Shown one piece after another: positions 9,782-18,286 of a stretch of 51,741 nucleotides of DNA. The DNA comes from a virus. Within the stretch, counting starts at the first letter, position 1, and each line of letters begins with the position of its first letter. The stretch is from IMG/VR virus record IMGVR_UViG_3300033075_001605; one strand, 5' to 3'. The position numbers were made by a program, and so were the translations under genes. The notes under the pieces were generated by a model. That model saw only the letters and a list, made by a program, of their open reading frames with translations. It did not search any database and was not told the DNA's origin.

Positions 9782-9798
9782 GCTTCAATAGTTATGAC

Positions 9799-10053
9799 AT
9801 GCGTATCAGGCTAGGTCAGCTTCGAAAGCTAATCAACGAAGCAGGCAAAAGGATCGGTGCGTCCGCAGCGTATCTCAAAAAAGAGAAGGTTCGCGAGGAG
9901 ATGCAGCGGTTCATCATTTCACAGATCTCCGCAGGGAATGTCTCAGACCAGGCGTCGTTGGATGCCTTTGTCAAGGACATCGAGCTGTCGATGACTGCGT
10001 TGAGGTCTGTTCCGTTCGATGTCTGGAAAAAGCTGGCTGGAAACAAAGTGTAA
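9799..10053 (+). CDS. hypothetical small protein
   Basis: 84-aa ORF. The N-terminus MRIRLGQLRKLINEA carries the shared [LIV]xE motif. Confidence 0.45.
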   Translation: MRIRLGQLRKLINEAGKRIGASAAYLKKEKVREEMQRFIISQISAGNVSDQASLDAFVKDIELSMTALRSVPFDVWKKLAGNKV

Positions 10054-10075
10054 GCCACCAAAAAGCTGGTATACC

Positions 10076-10861
10076 ATGCTTGCCATGGCATCGAACGATT
10101 CGCTTGCTGCTCGCATGAAGGAGTATGAACAGGCGGCCAGGTCAACGTTGACGAACCGTCTCCCGGTGATCATTCGTGTTGACGGCAAGGCATTCAGCAG
10201 CTACACGCGCGGGTGCGAACGACCCTTTGACGTTTCGTTTGGCGATGTCATGCTTGATGTTGCTCATGAGCTCATCAACGGCGTCCAGAACGCTCAGGTT
10301 GCATACGTTCAATCGGACGAGGTGTCCGTGTTGCTTCACGGCTACAAAAGGCTCAATTCCCAGCCTTGGTTCAAAAACCAGGTGCAGAAGATGTGTTCTG
10401 TGGCGGCTAGCATCGCTTCAGCTACCTTCACGGCAAACAGCTGGAAGATTTGGGCGCCAAAGTCTCCTGCAACCAACCCCGACCTTGCCAAGGCTCTTGC
10501 GGTTCACGGCGCATTCGTAGACAACGTAAGGCCAGCTGTGTTTGATGCGCGGGTCTTCACGGTGCCAGAGCGTGACGTTTGCAACTATTTCCTATGGCGT
10601 CAAAAGGACGCAATGCGCAACTCTGTTCAGATGCTCGCAAGGTCCTTGTACTCTCACAAGGAGTGCCAGGGGAAGAACAGAAACGCCTTACGCGAGATGT
10701 GCCTTCAAAAGGGAAAGAGCTGGGATGACGTCGATGCTCGTTGGCAGCGCGGCGCATGCGTCTACCGTTCAGCTGAGAAGACGATCGTTGACACAAACAT
10801 TCCGATCTTCTCAAACGACAGGGGCTACATTGAGCGTCACCTCAGCGTCACAGAAGGCTAA
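10076..10861 (+). CDS. Thg1-like protein (tRNA-His guanylyltransferase family, 3'-5' nucleotidyltransferase)
   Basis: VIIRVDGKAFSSY, VAYVQSDEVSVLL and WFKNQVQKMCSVAASIASATF are collinear with the Thg1 signatures VVRLDGRNFHRF, IAYGQSDEYSFVF and WFKRRASKFMTHVASQFAS. The ATG at 10076 (or 10085) is preferred over 10019, which overlaps the upstream ORF. Confidence 0.8.
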   Translation: MLAMASNDSLAARMKEYEQAARSTLTNRLPVIIRVDGKAFSSYTRGCERPFDVSFGDVMLDVAHELINGVQNAQVAYVQSDEVSVLLHGYKRLNSQPWFKNQVQKMCSVAASIASATFTANSWKIWAPKSPATNPDLAKALAVHGAFVDNVRPAVFDARVFTVPERDVCNYFLWRQKDAMRNSVQMLARSLYSHKECQGKNRNALREMCLQKGKSWDDVDARWQRGACVYRSAEKTIVDTNIPIFSNDRGYIERHLSVTEG

Positions 10862-10878
10862 GCAAGAAAGAGGTTTTC

Positions 10879-11007
10879 ATGGTCGACAGTGAGCTTGTTT
10901 ACACCGTATTTGCCTGCGTCATCGGAGTCTCGTTGGGGCTAAGCGCTGCATTCTTTTGCAGGGCACACGCCCTTTTCCGTGACGCAGGGGGTGGTCCACG
11001 AAGGTAG
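10879..11007 (+). CDS. small hydrophobic (single-TM) peptide, 42 aa
   Basis: MVDSELVYTVFACVIGVSLGLSAAFFCRAHALFRDAGGGPRR. AAGAGG lies 7 nt upstream of the ATG. It falls below the ORF-track length cut-off. Confidence 0.3.
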   Translation: MVDSELVYTVFACVIGVSLGLSAAFFCRAHALFRDAGGGPRR

Positions 11008-11072
11008 GGACTTTCTTTTGCTTAGCGGCTGAAGAAGACCCTGCAAACGCGGCACGAATAATCTAGGATGGC

Positions 11073-11321
11073 TTGGTGTTAAAGGTCATCGTCAACATAA
11101 ACCGTAGCGATGTTGTCTATGCGCGATCGCTCGGCCAGCGGCTTCCAGACCTTGAAGGCAAGCTGATCTCAGTTGAAGCCAACGGAAAGGAGCTGCTGGC
11201 GCTTCATGAACGACACCCAGTCCCGTTAAACGCAGTCGACACCGTTAGCGTTACGTGGCACGGTCGCCATGCCGCGCGGGCGCTTAAAACGTTTCGTCAG
11301 ATCTTTGATGAATCAACGTAA
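11073..11321 (+). CDS. hypothetical protein
   Basis: 82-aa ORF with a TTG start and AGGA 4 nt upstream. A stem-loop follows its stop. Confidence 0.4.
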   Translation: MVLKVIVNINRSDVVYARSLGQRLPDLEGKLISVEANGKELLALHERHPVPLNAVDTVSVTWHGRHAARALKTFRQIFDEST

Positions 11322-11328
11322 CACACGT

Positions 11329-11375
11329 GCGTTCATTAATGCGGCACGTACGCAGTCGTAAGCATTAATGAACGC
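11329..11375. terminator. stem-loop (14-bp perfect inverted repeat GCGTTCATTAATGC / GCATTAATGAACGC, about 19-nt loop), possible terminator or operator
   Basis: The perfect inverted repeat lies 8 nt after the stop of 11073..11321. A second short hairpin, TGGAT(N8)ATCCA with a T-run, follows. Confidence 0.35.
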
Positions 11376-11421
11376 AATGGATAGTTTTTGATCCATCAAA
11401 GCCCCTTCACGGGTGCGAGTT

Positions 11422-11470
11422 TTGACAATTTCATGACGAAGTGAAACAATTTGATGCCTGTGGTAGAATA
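11422..11470 (+). promoter_or_regulatory. sigma70-like promoter candidate
   Basis: TTGACA at about 11422 and a TAGAAT/TGnTAGAAT -10-like element at about 11462-11470 lie upstream of the lipoprotein gene. The spacing is imperfect. Confidence 0.2.
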
Positions 11471-11536
11471 GTTCTAGAAGGTGGAAAACAGGTTCGAAAA
11501 GACGAACCGGTCCGCCTGCAGAGGCATCAGAAGGTC

Positions 11537-11884
11537 ATGTTTTCCAAGTGGTTTTCAGTCGTAGCGCTCGTTCTCGTCGCCTGCCAGAACGCGGGTCCCC
11601 CGGACCACCCGTTGCAGTGCGAACCCGAAGAGCAGGTCAACAAGGTGTGCGGAGAGTGTGCGCTCGAGTTCCGGCTCGATGACCCCAGCCCCGAGCTGGA
11701 GGCGTTTGCGAACTGCTACGAGGACGTCGACTCGGGCTCGCTCGAGGGCGACGGCACCCTGTGTGCCTTCAACAACCCTGTCGGCGCCAAGGAGTGGAAG
11801 CAGCTCGTCGCGGACGTCTGCCGAAAGTGCAACGAAGAGTGCTGCTACCTGTGCTCCAGCGAATGGGGCGTCCTGAAGCCCTAG
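11537..11884 (+). CDS. Cys-rich secreted lipoprotein
   Basis: The ATG has GAAGG upstream. The signal peptide ends in the lipobox LVAC. The mature part carries 9 Cys (CGECA...CRKCNEECCYLC). Local GC is high, about 62%. Confidence 0.55.
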   Translation: MFSKWFSVVALVLVACQNAGPPDHPLQCEPEEQVNKVCGECALEFRLDDPSPELEAFANCYEDVDSGSLEGDGTLCAFNNPVGAKEWKQLVADVCRKCNEECCYLCSSEWGVLKP

Positions 11885-11983
11885 CTAAGCTTGGGTGCAA
11901 GCAGGCCCTCGGTCGTGGTAACATAAGGCTATGTTGGCCTGGATCAATGCGCTTTTTAGCGCCAAACAGGAAGTTGGATTCGC

Positions 11984-12565
11984 ATGAGAAAGCTTTACGC
12001 TAGCAACCAACGCCTGCTCGACCGCGTGTGCTACGTCTCGAAGGCAGAGTCGAACGACACCGACTTGTTCGGCAACGAAATCAAAGTTAGGCACACCTTC
12101 CCGTACAACCCCGATTCGAAGACAGCGCCAGAAACCGCGAAGCAGTGGGCCGACAACACCATCTGGGACCATAAGACCCATCGGTACGTCAAGGGACCCG
12201 AGCCAGAGTTCCTCGAGCGCGCCAACGATCCCTTCAGCGTCACAGTCATTGACCTGGACGTCAGGTCGGAGGGCGGACGCGCCTACAAGGTCGTCGACCA
12301 GGACGGGCGCTGCTTCGACCTCCGCGAGGACCAGGTCCTTGAGGTCTTCAAGCACTCCGGCGTCCTAGCGGGCGGCCAGATCCCTGGCCGTTTCGTCTGG
12401 GGGATCTTGGGTAGCCAGATGCGCATGGTCCTCGTCGGTGGCGATCTCCACAAGGAGATGGTTGCTCAGACCGAGGCGTTTGAAGGAATCGAATCGCAGG
12501 CACGCGACTGGAGCGGCGCCGTCAGAAGGCACATTGAAGCTTGGTCACATCTATCGCAAGCGTGA
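11984..12565 (+). CDS. hypothetical protein
   Basis: 193-aa ORF inside the GC-rich island. Confidence 0.5.
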   Translation: MRKLYASNQRLLDRVCYVSKAESNDTDLFGNEIKVRHTFPYNPDSKTAPETAKQWADNTIWDHKTHRYVKGPEPEFLERANDPFSVTVIDLDVRSEGGRAYKVVDQDGRCFDLREDQVLEVFKHSGVLAGGQIPGRFVWGILGSQMRMVLVGGDLHKEMVAQTEAFEGIESQARDWSGAVRRHIEAWSHLSQA

Positions 12566-13178
12566 TGGCTCGTTGCACGTCTTCCTGGGCAAGGTCAAGC
12601 ATCCCGGTGCTGAGAAGACGTCATTCGCTTTCGTCAAGTTGCCAGAGAAGCCGTTTGAATGGGATGGAGTAGACTTGGCAGAGCACGACGGCGAGCACGG
12701 GATCCACATGCGTGAAGAGCGGGATGTCGCCAAGAAGTGGAACCAGATGACCTGGCAAGAACGATGCCAGTGGGAATGGTACGATCGCACCACGTACCTG
12801 TATCGTCAGTACAAGGACGTCGAGCCTGGGTACTACGATCACCCAGGGGAAATCGTCCTTATGGCATCGCCCAAGTTCGAAGAGGAACTAGCCGAGACGG
12901 CGACAGAACTCGCGACGCAGCTCCGCGAAAATGCAGGAGCAAAGCACAAGTACGTCAACGGCAAAGGCGACGATCTCGCTGAACTTCACTTCAAGGCAAA
13001 CAGCGGCAATGAGCGACGTTGGGACTACTGGCCATATTCACACATGGGATACCCAGGTGACTGGCATCGCATCAGCGATGCCGAACGCCGACGGCTTGAG
13101 CGCGAACACCACGCTAACGTCAAACAAGAATACATCGCATACCGCCAATCATGGCAGAAGCAACTGTCATGGATGTGA
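12438..13178 (+). CDS. hypothetical protein (start uncertain; may begin near 12570)
   Basis: 246-aa ORF rich in W, Y and E. Its 5' end overlaps the previous gene by 128 nt in another frame. Confidence 0.45.
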   Translation: MAISTRRWLLRPRRLKESNRRHATGAAPSEGTLKLGHIYRKRDGSLHVFLGKVKHPGAEKTSFAFVKLPEKPFEWDGVDLAEHDGEHGIHMREERDVAKKWNQMTWQERCQWEWYDRTTYLYRQYKDVEPGYYDHPGEIVLMASPKFEEELAETATELATQLRENAGAKHKYVNGKGDDLAELHFKANSGNERRWDYWPYSHMGYPGDWHRISDAERRRLEREHHANVKQEYIAYRQSWQKQLSWM

Positions 13179-13282
13179 CCACGCCTGAGCCAGGTTCGTT
13201 ACAAGACCGCTGAAATCAGTTCTCATGGGTCGTTCACGATGACGCTCGATGAACTCAAATAGTTCAAGCTTATCTCGAACAC

Positions 13283-13600
13283 GTGAATACACTGCGTACG
13301 CGATTCAGTGAACTTCGTCAAAAAGAAAGGTATAGTCTGACGATGGCAATCAACACGATCAAGTTCTCTTTCGAAGGAACGCTCGACGAGGTGACTGCAC
13401 AGCTTGGCGTCCTTTTCAAGGAACCGGGCAAGATCAAGATTCAAGGTGAGGCAGTTCTGAACGCACCCACCGCGCAAGACGAAAAGATTCCACCTCCACG
13501 TTGGAGGTGGACGTTGGGACTTGTTGCAAAGAACAATTCGTCCAAGGAAGTGAAGGAAGAGAAGACTAGCGTTGATGAATGGGACCTTTGTGGTTTCTAG
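13283..13600 (+). CDS. hypothetical protein
   Basis: 105-aa ORF with a possible internal start at 13343 (MAINTIKF). The plus strand is preferred over the antisense 13223..13648. Confidence 0.4.
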   Translation: MNTLRTRFSELRQKERYSLTMAINTIKFSFEGTLDEVTAQLGVLFKEPGKIKIQGEAVLNAPTAQDEKIPPPRWRWTLGLVAKNNSSKEVKEEKTSVDEWDLCGF

Positions 13601-13657
13601 AAAGTGCAACAAGGTTCTTCCCTGCCTTTTGTTGAAAACACTTTTCACTCATGAATA

Positions 13658-14428
13658 GTGTTTGTTCTGCATAAACTGTGGTACGCTGAGATCATGGCTA
13701 CTGTATTGAGCTGGGCAGACCCGGAAGTCCGAGCGGTTCGAGAAGATGCTTTTCTCGAAGCGGGCGGCGGCGAGCTGCGGCTTCCCATGATCGTGAGCGC
13801 AGGATACGCCATCGATTACACCGATAAATCAGCAGCTAGTTACGAACCCATCGGCGGCGGTGATATCGACGGAACAATATTTGGCGGGGGTGATGGTTGT
13901 GGGCCAGGATTTGCTGGTGATGGTGCGTACGAGGACGAGGTGAACCCAGGTGGGTTTGGGGGTGAAAGTGGCACTCCTGAACGTGATGGTAACGGGTGCC
14001 CGTTCCTTAGCGAGCTTAGCGACCATGGCGAGGGTTTAACGTGGCACGTTGACATCGATTATCTTCGTAAGTACCGTAATGGCCTTTTCGAAAAAGGCGA
14101 GCTTCGAGACGGTGAATTCGCAATTGTTGTGTCTTCGTGCGGAGCGTACCCGTTTTTCCGAATTGGAAGGTGCCACCACGTCTTTGGCGACGAGTGGGAG
14201 CTGCAAAAGTGCCGAGTCATCAAACGAATCGGCAAGCTTGCTACGTTGGATGCACTTGCTGAACATGGCCCAACGCAAGATACACAACTTCTTAAAGTGT
14301 CGCCCGTTGAGTACCTGCACAAGCTGCACGTTATGCGTGTGATCCCTGTTTCGCGGGAAGCGTACCAGAAGTTTATTGACACACCAGATCTTTCTAAGAA
14401 ACGTCGTCGTGTCTTAAAGGATTTGTGA
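13658..14428 (+). CDS. hypothetical protein; Gly-rich N-terminal region plus C-terminal domain paralogous to the next gene
   Basis: The C-terminal approximately 95 aa, GEFAIVVSSCGAYPFFRIGRCHHVFGDEWELQKCRVIKR...VIPVS, align with 14451..14747. A GGGDIDGTIFGGGDGCGPGFAGDG tract lies upstream. Confidence 0.6.
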   Translation: MFVLHKLWYAEIMATVLSWADPEVRAVREDAFLEAGGGELRLPMIVSAGYAIDYTDKSAASYEPIGGGDIDGTIFGGGDGCGPGFAGDGAYEDEVNPGGFGGESGTPERDGNGCPFLSELSDHGEGLTWHVDIDYLRKYRNGLFEKGELRDGEFAIVVSSCGAYPFFRIGRCHHVFGDEWELQKCRVIKRIGKLATLDALAEHGPTQDTQLLKVSPVEYLHKLHVMRVIPVSREAYQKFIDTPDLSKKRRRVLKDL

Positions 14429-14450
14429 TTCTTCACGAGGAAAAGGAAAC

Positions 14451-14747
14451 ATGAGGAACGGAGAAGCTGTTATCGTTGTGTCCCCTTGCGGTGCATACCC
14501 GTACGTTCGGATTGGAGTGTGTTATCACGTTTCTGGCGACGAGTGGGAGCTTCGTGACTGTCGAGTGATCCGCCGTTTTGGCAACGGCGTTTCGCTGTCT
14601 TCGCTTGCCAGCGAAGGTCCTGGGAAAGACACCCAGCTTCTTCCCCCGTCACCCGTCGAATACGTACACAGGTTGCACGCTACTCGCGTGATCCCTGTTT
14701 CGCCTCGAGCGCACGAGAAGTTCAAGAACTTCGTAGCTACGAAGTGA
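14451..14747 (+). CDS. hypothetical protein, tandem paralog of the 13658..14428 C-terminal domain
   Basis: GEAVIVVSPCGAYPYVRIGVCYHVSGDEWELRDCRVIRR...VIPVS. GAGGAAAAGGAAAC precedes the ATG. Confidence 0.6.
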   Translation: MRNGEAVIVVSPCGAYPYVRIGVCYHVSGDEWELRDCRVIRRFGNGVSLSSLASEGPGKDTQLLPPSPVEYVHRLHATRVIPVSPRAHEKFKNFVATK

Positions 14748-14833
14748 ATGAGTTCATTCAAGCAATCGACGAAGGATTGCAGCACTTGCGTGAGCTAGTG
14801 TAAAACGCTAGCCAACAACGGTAGAATGGACGT

Positions 14834-15847
14834 ATGGTTCGACACATCAAGTGGACTGAGATTGAAAGTTTTTACCACGTTCGTAAGCACGTGGCTGCTT
14901 ACCCGATCCTGACCTGCGGCAACGACGTTGTCACCTATCGCGCCAAGGTGAAGCTTCACGGCTCGTGTGGGTGCGTCGCTGTCTCGTCTGACGGCACGGT
15001 GACCGCGATGTCGCGGTCTGTCGTCCTTGTCAACGGCTCGGACAACGCAGGCTTTGCGAAGTGGGTCGCTGACCGTTCTGCGCAATTTGCGAAGCTCGCT
15101 CCTCAAAAGGGAACGCTTGCTGTCTTTGGCGAGTGGGTCGGCCCAGGCGTCCAAAAGGGCGCCGCAGTCACAGAGATCAAGGAGAGGTCGTTCGTTGTCT
15201 TCGCTGCCCGGGTGCTAGACGAACTCGACAACGACGTTGACTTCCTTGTCGAGCCGTTTGTGCTGACGGGCCTCGTCCAATACATCGACGGCTGCCACGT
15301 GCTGCCGTGGTTCAACTCTGCCGAAGAGTTCAATGTTGATTGGGTGTCTTCCCCGGAAGGGTTGCAGCCTGTCATCGACCGCATCAACACCCACGTTGAC
15401 CAGGTGGAGGCGTGTGACCCTTGGGTCCTTGATGTCTTCAACGTCAAGGGAACCGGCGAAGGCCTGGTGTTTTACCCAACGAGCCAGGCACACCGAGGCT
15501 ACAGGAGCTTTAGCAACCTTTGCTTCAAGGCAAAAGGCGAGAAGCACAAGGTCGTCAGCAAGACCAAGCCGGCGCAGGCTGACCCAACTGTCGCTGCGAG
15601 CTCCGCGGCGTTTGCGGAGATGGTCATGACACCAGCGCGGCTAGAGCAAGGGGTACGGGCCGTCAACGACGGCGACCTGGTGTTCAACCCCAAGAACATC
15701 GGCCAGTTTCTGGCGTGGATTAGCAAGGACATCATCAAGGAGACGAAAGCTGAGATGGACGCGGCAGGCCTCGATCAAAAGGTCGCCGTGCAGGCGTGCA
15801 GCACCCGTGCCAGGGCCTGGTACCTCGAGGAGATGAAGAAGCTGTGA
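14834..15847 (+). CDS. ATP-dependent RNA ligase, Rnl2-like
   Basis: Motif I is KLHGS. Motif III, AVFGEWVGPGVQKG, matches FGEFAGPGIQKN of T4 Rnl2. Motif IV is GEGLVFY. Motif V is FKAKGEKHK. Confidence 0.85.
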   Translation: MVRHIKWTEIESFYHVRKHVAAYPILTCGNDVVTYRAKVKLHGSCGCVAVSSDGTVTAMSRSVVLVNGSDNAGFAKWVADRSAQFAKLAPQKGTLAVFGEWVGPGVQKGAAVTEIKERSFVVFAARVLDELDNDVDFLVEPFVLTGLVQYIDGCHVLPWFNSAEEFNVDWVSSPEGLQPVIDRINTHVDQVEACDPWVLDVFNVKGTGEGLVFYPTSQAHRGYRSFSNLCFKAKGEKHKVVSKTKPAQADPTVAASSAAFAEMVMTPARLEQGVRAVNDGDLVFNPKNIGQFLAWISKDIIKETKAEMDAAGLDQKVAVQACSTRARAWYLEEMKKL

Positions 15848-16827
15848 AACTGTTCATCCCAGCCGTCGGCTACCGCATCAGGCTCGTGAAGGACTGGTCG
15901 TTTGACCTGTATAACGAGCATCGTAACGATTCCTTGCTTAAGGTGTATGACCCGTCTGACGAAAGCAAGGAGTCCAAGATCTTTGCTTCAATGCCACAAG
16001 GCACAGTCCTTGAGGTCGATCGAGTCTATGTTCGTAACGCGAACAAGTCAGCGACGGAAGAAGATGATCATGACTCTGTGACGTTCAAGCTCATCGAGCA
16101 CCCAACGCTTCCTTCGAAGCCTCGCGTCCGCTTCTGGGCCAAGCTGTCAGACGTCAACAACATCGAGTTTGAGCTTCCCGAGAACTACAGCGAGGGAAAG
16201 GACAAGGCGAGGGAAAGCGCAAAAAAGCCTAAGAAGCTGACCTTTGCTTCGATCAAGGCTCTCATTGACGCGGGTATCCACTCTGTCATCGACGAGAAGC
16301 ACGCTTCATACTACGGTGATCCGCCAGCGTGGATGAACGAAACGCTTAGCGCGCAGATGTCTGCGGTCAAGGAAGAATACATTCGTTGCAAGGTTCCATT
16401 TGACAAGGAGCATCACGAAAAACGCCAAGCTGAACACAGAAAAGAGCTGCAGCTTGCGTTTGAGAAGGGAACCCTCAACCTACCGGTGGGGGTGGCTGGC
16501 AAGGTGACCAGCTTTGATGACATCGTTAACGTTGGTTCATACGCAGACGCGTTCAAGCCTTTCTCTGAGGCAGACACGCGGGCGTTGTACCTCAGGCAGA
16601 GGCCGTCGTCGTTTTTGTACTATGACGTCATCAACAACTCTGAACCAAAGAAAGTCGTCAAGTCTAAGGCTAGCGACGGACGTTGGTGTAGGGAGTTTCG
16701 TTGTCACAACCAACACTTGGTCACCGCCATGCCGTTCCTAACGCGCTTTTGGGTCAAGGTCTTTTCGGACGAAGATGACCAGACGATCGTTTGTGTCGAA
16801 GCGGGTTTCGACAAGGATGAGTCATAG
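15796..16827 (+). CDS. hypothetical protein
   Basis: 343-aa ORF. A GTG at 15844 overlapping the ligase stop (GTGA) is an alternative start. Confidence 0.6.
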   Translation: MQHPCQGLVPRGDEEAVKLFIPAVGYRIRLVKDWSFDLYNEHRNDSLLKVYDPSDESKESKIFASMPQGTVLEVDRVYVRNANKSATEEDDHDSVTFKLIEHPTLPSKPRVRFWAKLSDVNNIEFELPENYSEGKDKARESAKKPKKLTFASIKALIDAGIHSVIDEKHASYYGDPPAWMNETLSAQMSAVKEEYIRCKVPFDKEHHEKRQAEHRKELQLAFEKGTLNLPVGVAGKVTSFDDIVNVGSYADAFKPFSEADTRALYLRQRPSSFLYYDVINNSEPKKVVKSKASDGRWCREFRCHNQHLVTAMPFLTRFWVKVFSDEDDQTIVCVEAGFDKDES

Positions 16828-16851
16828 CCTCACCTGCTAAAGAGAAACATC

Positions 16852-17712
16852 ATGAAGATTCTTTGCATCGACGGGATGAACTTTCTGCACCGAGCCCGTG
16901 CAGGTTTTACCCTCGGCGACTACCCAGTTGTCTTCAACTTCTTTCGTAACCTTCGTGCGTTGGTTGAGCTTCATCGGCCTAGCCGGGTCTACTTCACCCT
17001 TGAAGGTCACCCAAAACAACGGCATGATCTAATGCCTGAGTACAAGGCAAACCGCCGCATCGGTCCCGACGAAGACGGCACAATGACGCCAGAGATGGTC
17101 AAAAAGGCCGCAGAGATGGAGAGCTTTTTTCGCCAGGCTGGCGTCGCCGTAGCCTTGCTTTCTGAGCGGTTTCCTGTGTCGGTCGTTCGCCACGCAGACT
17201 ACGAAGCAGACGACGTCATCTACAACCTGATCCTTCGCAGCTCGACCGCTGTTCCCTGGGTTGTCGTTTCCACGGACACTGACTTCACCCAGCTGTTGGG
17301 TGAGTTTGAGCACGTCAGCGTGTACAACCCTGTCACAAAGGGATACGTTGAGGCGCCTCCGTTTGACTATGTCACCTGGAAGGCTCTTCGAGGCGACGGC
17401 TCTGACAACATCCCCGGGCTTCCGAAGATCAGCGACAAGGTTGCAGAGGAGATCGTCAACGATCCTGACCGCTTGCGTGAGCTCTTCAAGGACAAAGCTC
17501 TCGCTGAGCAGTTCAACCGCAACTACCAGCTGATCAAGTTTCATACGTGGTCTGACGAGGACGCGATGCAGATGACTTGTTCAGAGCCTGTCCGCGACTG
17601 GGACGCAGTCGCAAGGCAGCTTGAGGAATGGCAGTTCAAAAGCTTCCTAAAGGAAGCAACGTGGCAGAAGTTCAAGGCTACGTTTGAGCCGCTGTTCGGC
17701 GATACGCCATAG
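16852..17712 (+). CDS. 5'-3' exonuclease / flap endonuclease (PIN-like, T4 RNase H/T5 D15 type)
   Basis: MKILCIDGMNFLHR, YEADDVIY and RGDGSDNIPGLPKISDKVAEE form the H3TH and acidic-cluster motifs. Confidence 0.8.
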   Translation: MKILCIDGMNFLHRARAGFTLGDYPVVFNFFRNLRALVELHRPSRVYFTLEGHPKQRHDLMPEYKANRRIGPDEDGTMTPEMVKKAAEMESFFRQAGVAVALLSERFPVSVVRHADYEADDVIYNLILRSSTAVPWVVVSTDTDFTQLLGEFEHVSVYNPVTKGYVEAPPFDYVTWKALRGDGSDNIPGLPKISDKVAEEIVNDPDRLRELFKDKALAEQFNRNYQLIKFHTWSDEDAMQMTCSEPVRDWDAVARQLEEWQFKSFLKEATWQKFKATFEPLFGDTP

Positions 17713-17767
17713 AATACTAGCTAAACAGAGCACGCGTAGTTGCTACTTACTCGCGAGGTGACAACGC

Positions 17768-18286
17768 ATGTCTAACGTAAAACGACTGTTGGGTTTTGCT
17801 TGGGCGTCTCCCTTGACGCTTGCTGGCCTGGTCTACGTGGGAGTCTTCTCGGCCTTTGGCTGGTACGACAAGATCGGCGTGTTTGGTGACGCTTGGGTGT
17901 GGCGTTTGAACGGCGCCCGGGCCCCTGAGTGGCTGATGAAGCTGTGGACAAAGTGGGGCGGTCACACCATCGGCAACGTGGTGGTGATGAAAGGCTCCCC
18001 AAAGAAAGACACTGTCACGCTTCGCCATGAACAGGAACACGTTCGCCAGTGCATGGCGTTAGGAATCTTTCAGCCGATCCTTTACGGGCTCGCGATGCTG
18101 GCGATCAAGCTTGGGTGCAAGCTGTCCGACCCATACTTCTCGAACCCGTTTGAGATCGAGGCACGTAGGGTTGCGGGCCAAACAGTCGACATCGAAGGGT
18201 TCTTGGCTAAGGTGACTGCAGCCAAGAACAAGGCAACAGAAAAGGCAAGCATCCGTCGGGCCAAGGCGAAAAATGGTCAGCGTTGA
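17768..18286 (+). CDS. membrane protein with HExxH motif (holin-like or membrane zinc-peptidase-like)
   Basis: Two predicted TM helices (LLGFAWASPLTLAGLVYVGVFSAF and IFQPILYGLAMLAIKLG) flank HEQEHVRQ. The C-terminal tail is basic. Confidence 0.45.
   Translation: MSNVKRLLGFAWASPLTLAGLVYVGVFSAFGWYDKIGVFGDAWVWRLNGARAPEWLMKLWTKWGGHTIGNVVVMKGSPKKDTVTLRHEQEHVRQCMALGIFQPILYGLAMLAIKLGCKLSDPYFSNPFEIEARRVAGQTVDIEGFLAKVTAAKNKATEKASIRRAKAKNGQR

Noticed and set aside
13223-13648. 141-aa minus-strand ORF
   Set aside because: It is antisense to a plus-strand ORF in a strictly plus-strand block, with no motif support.
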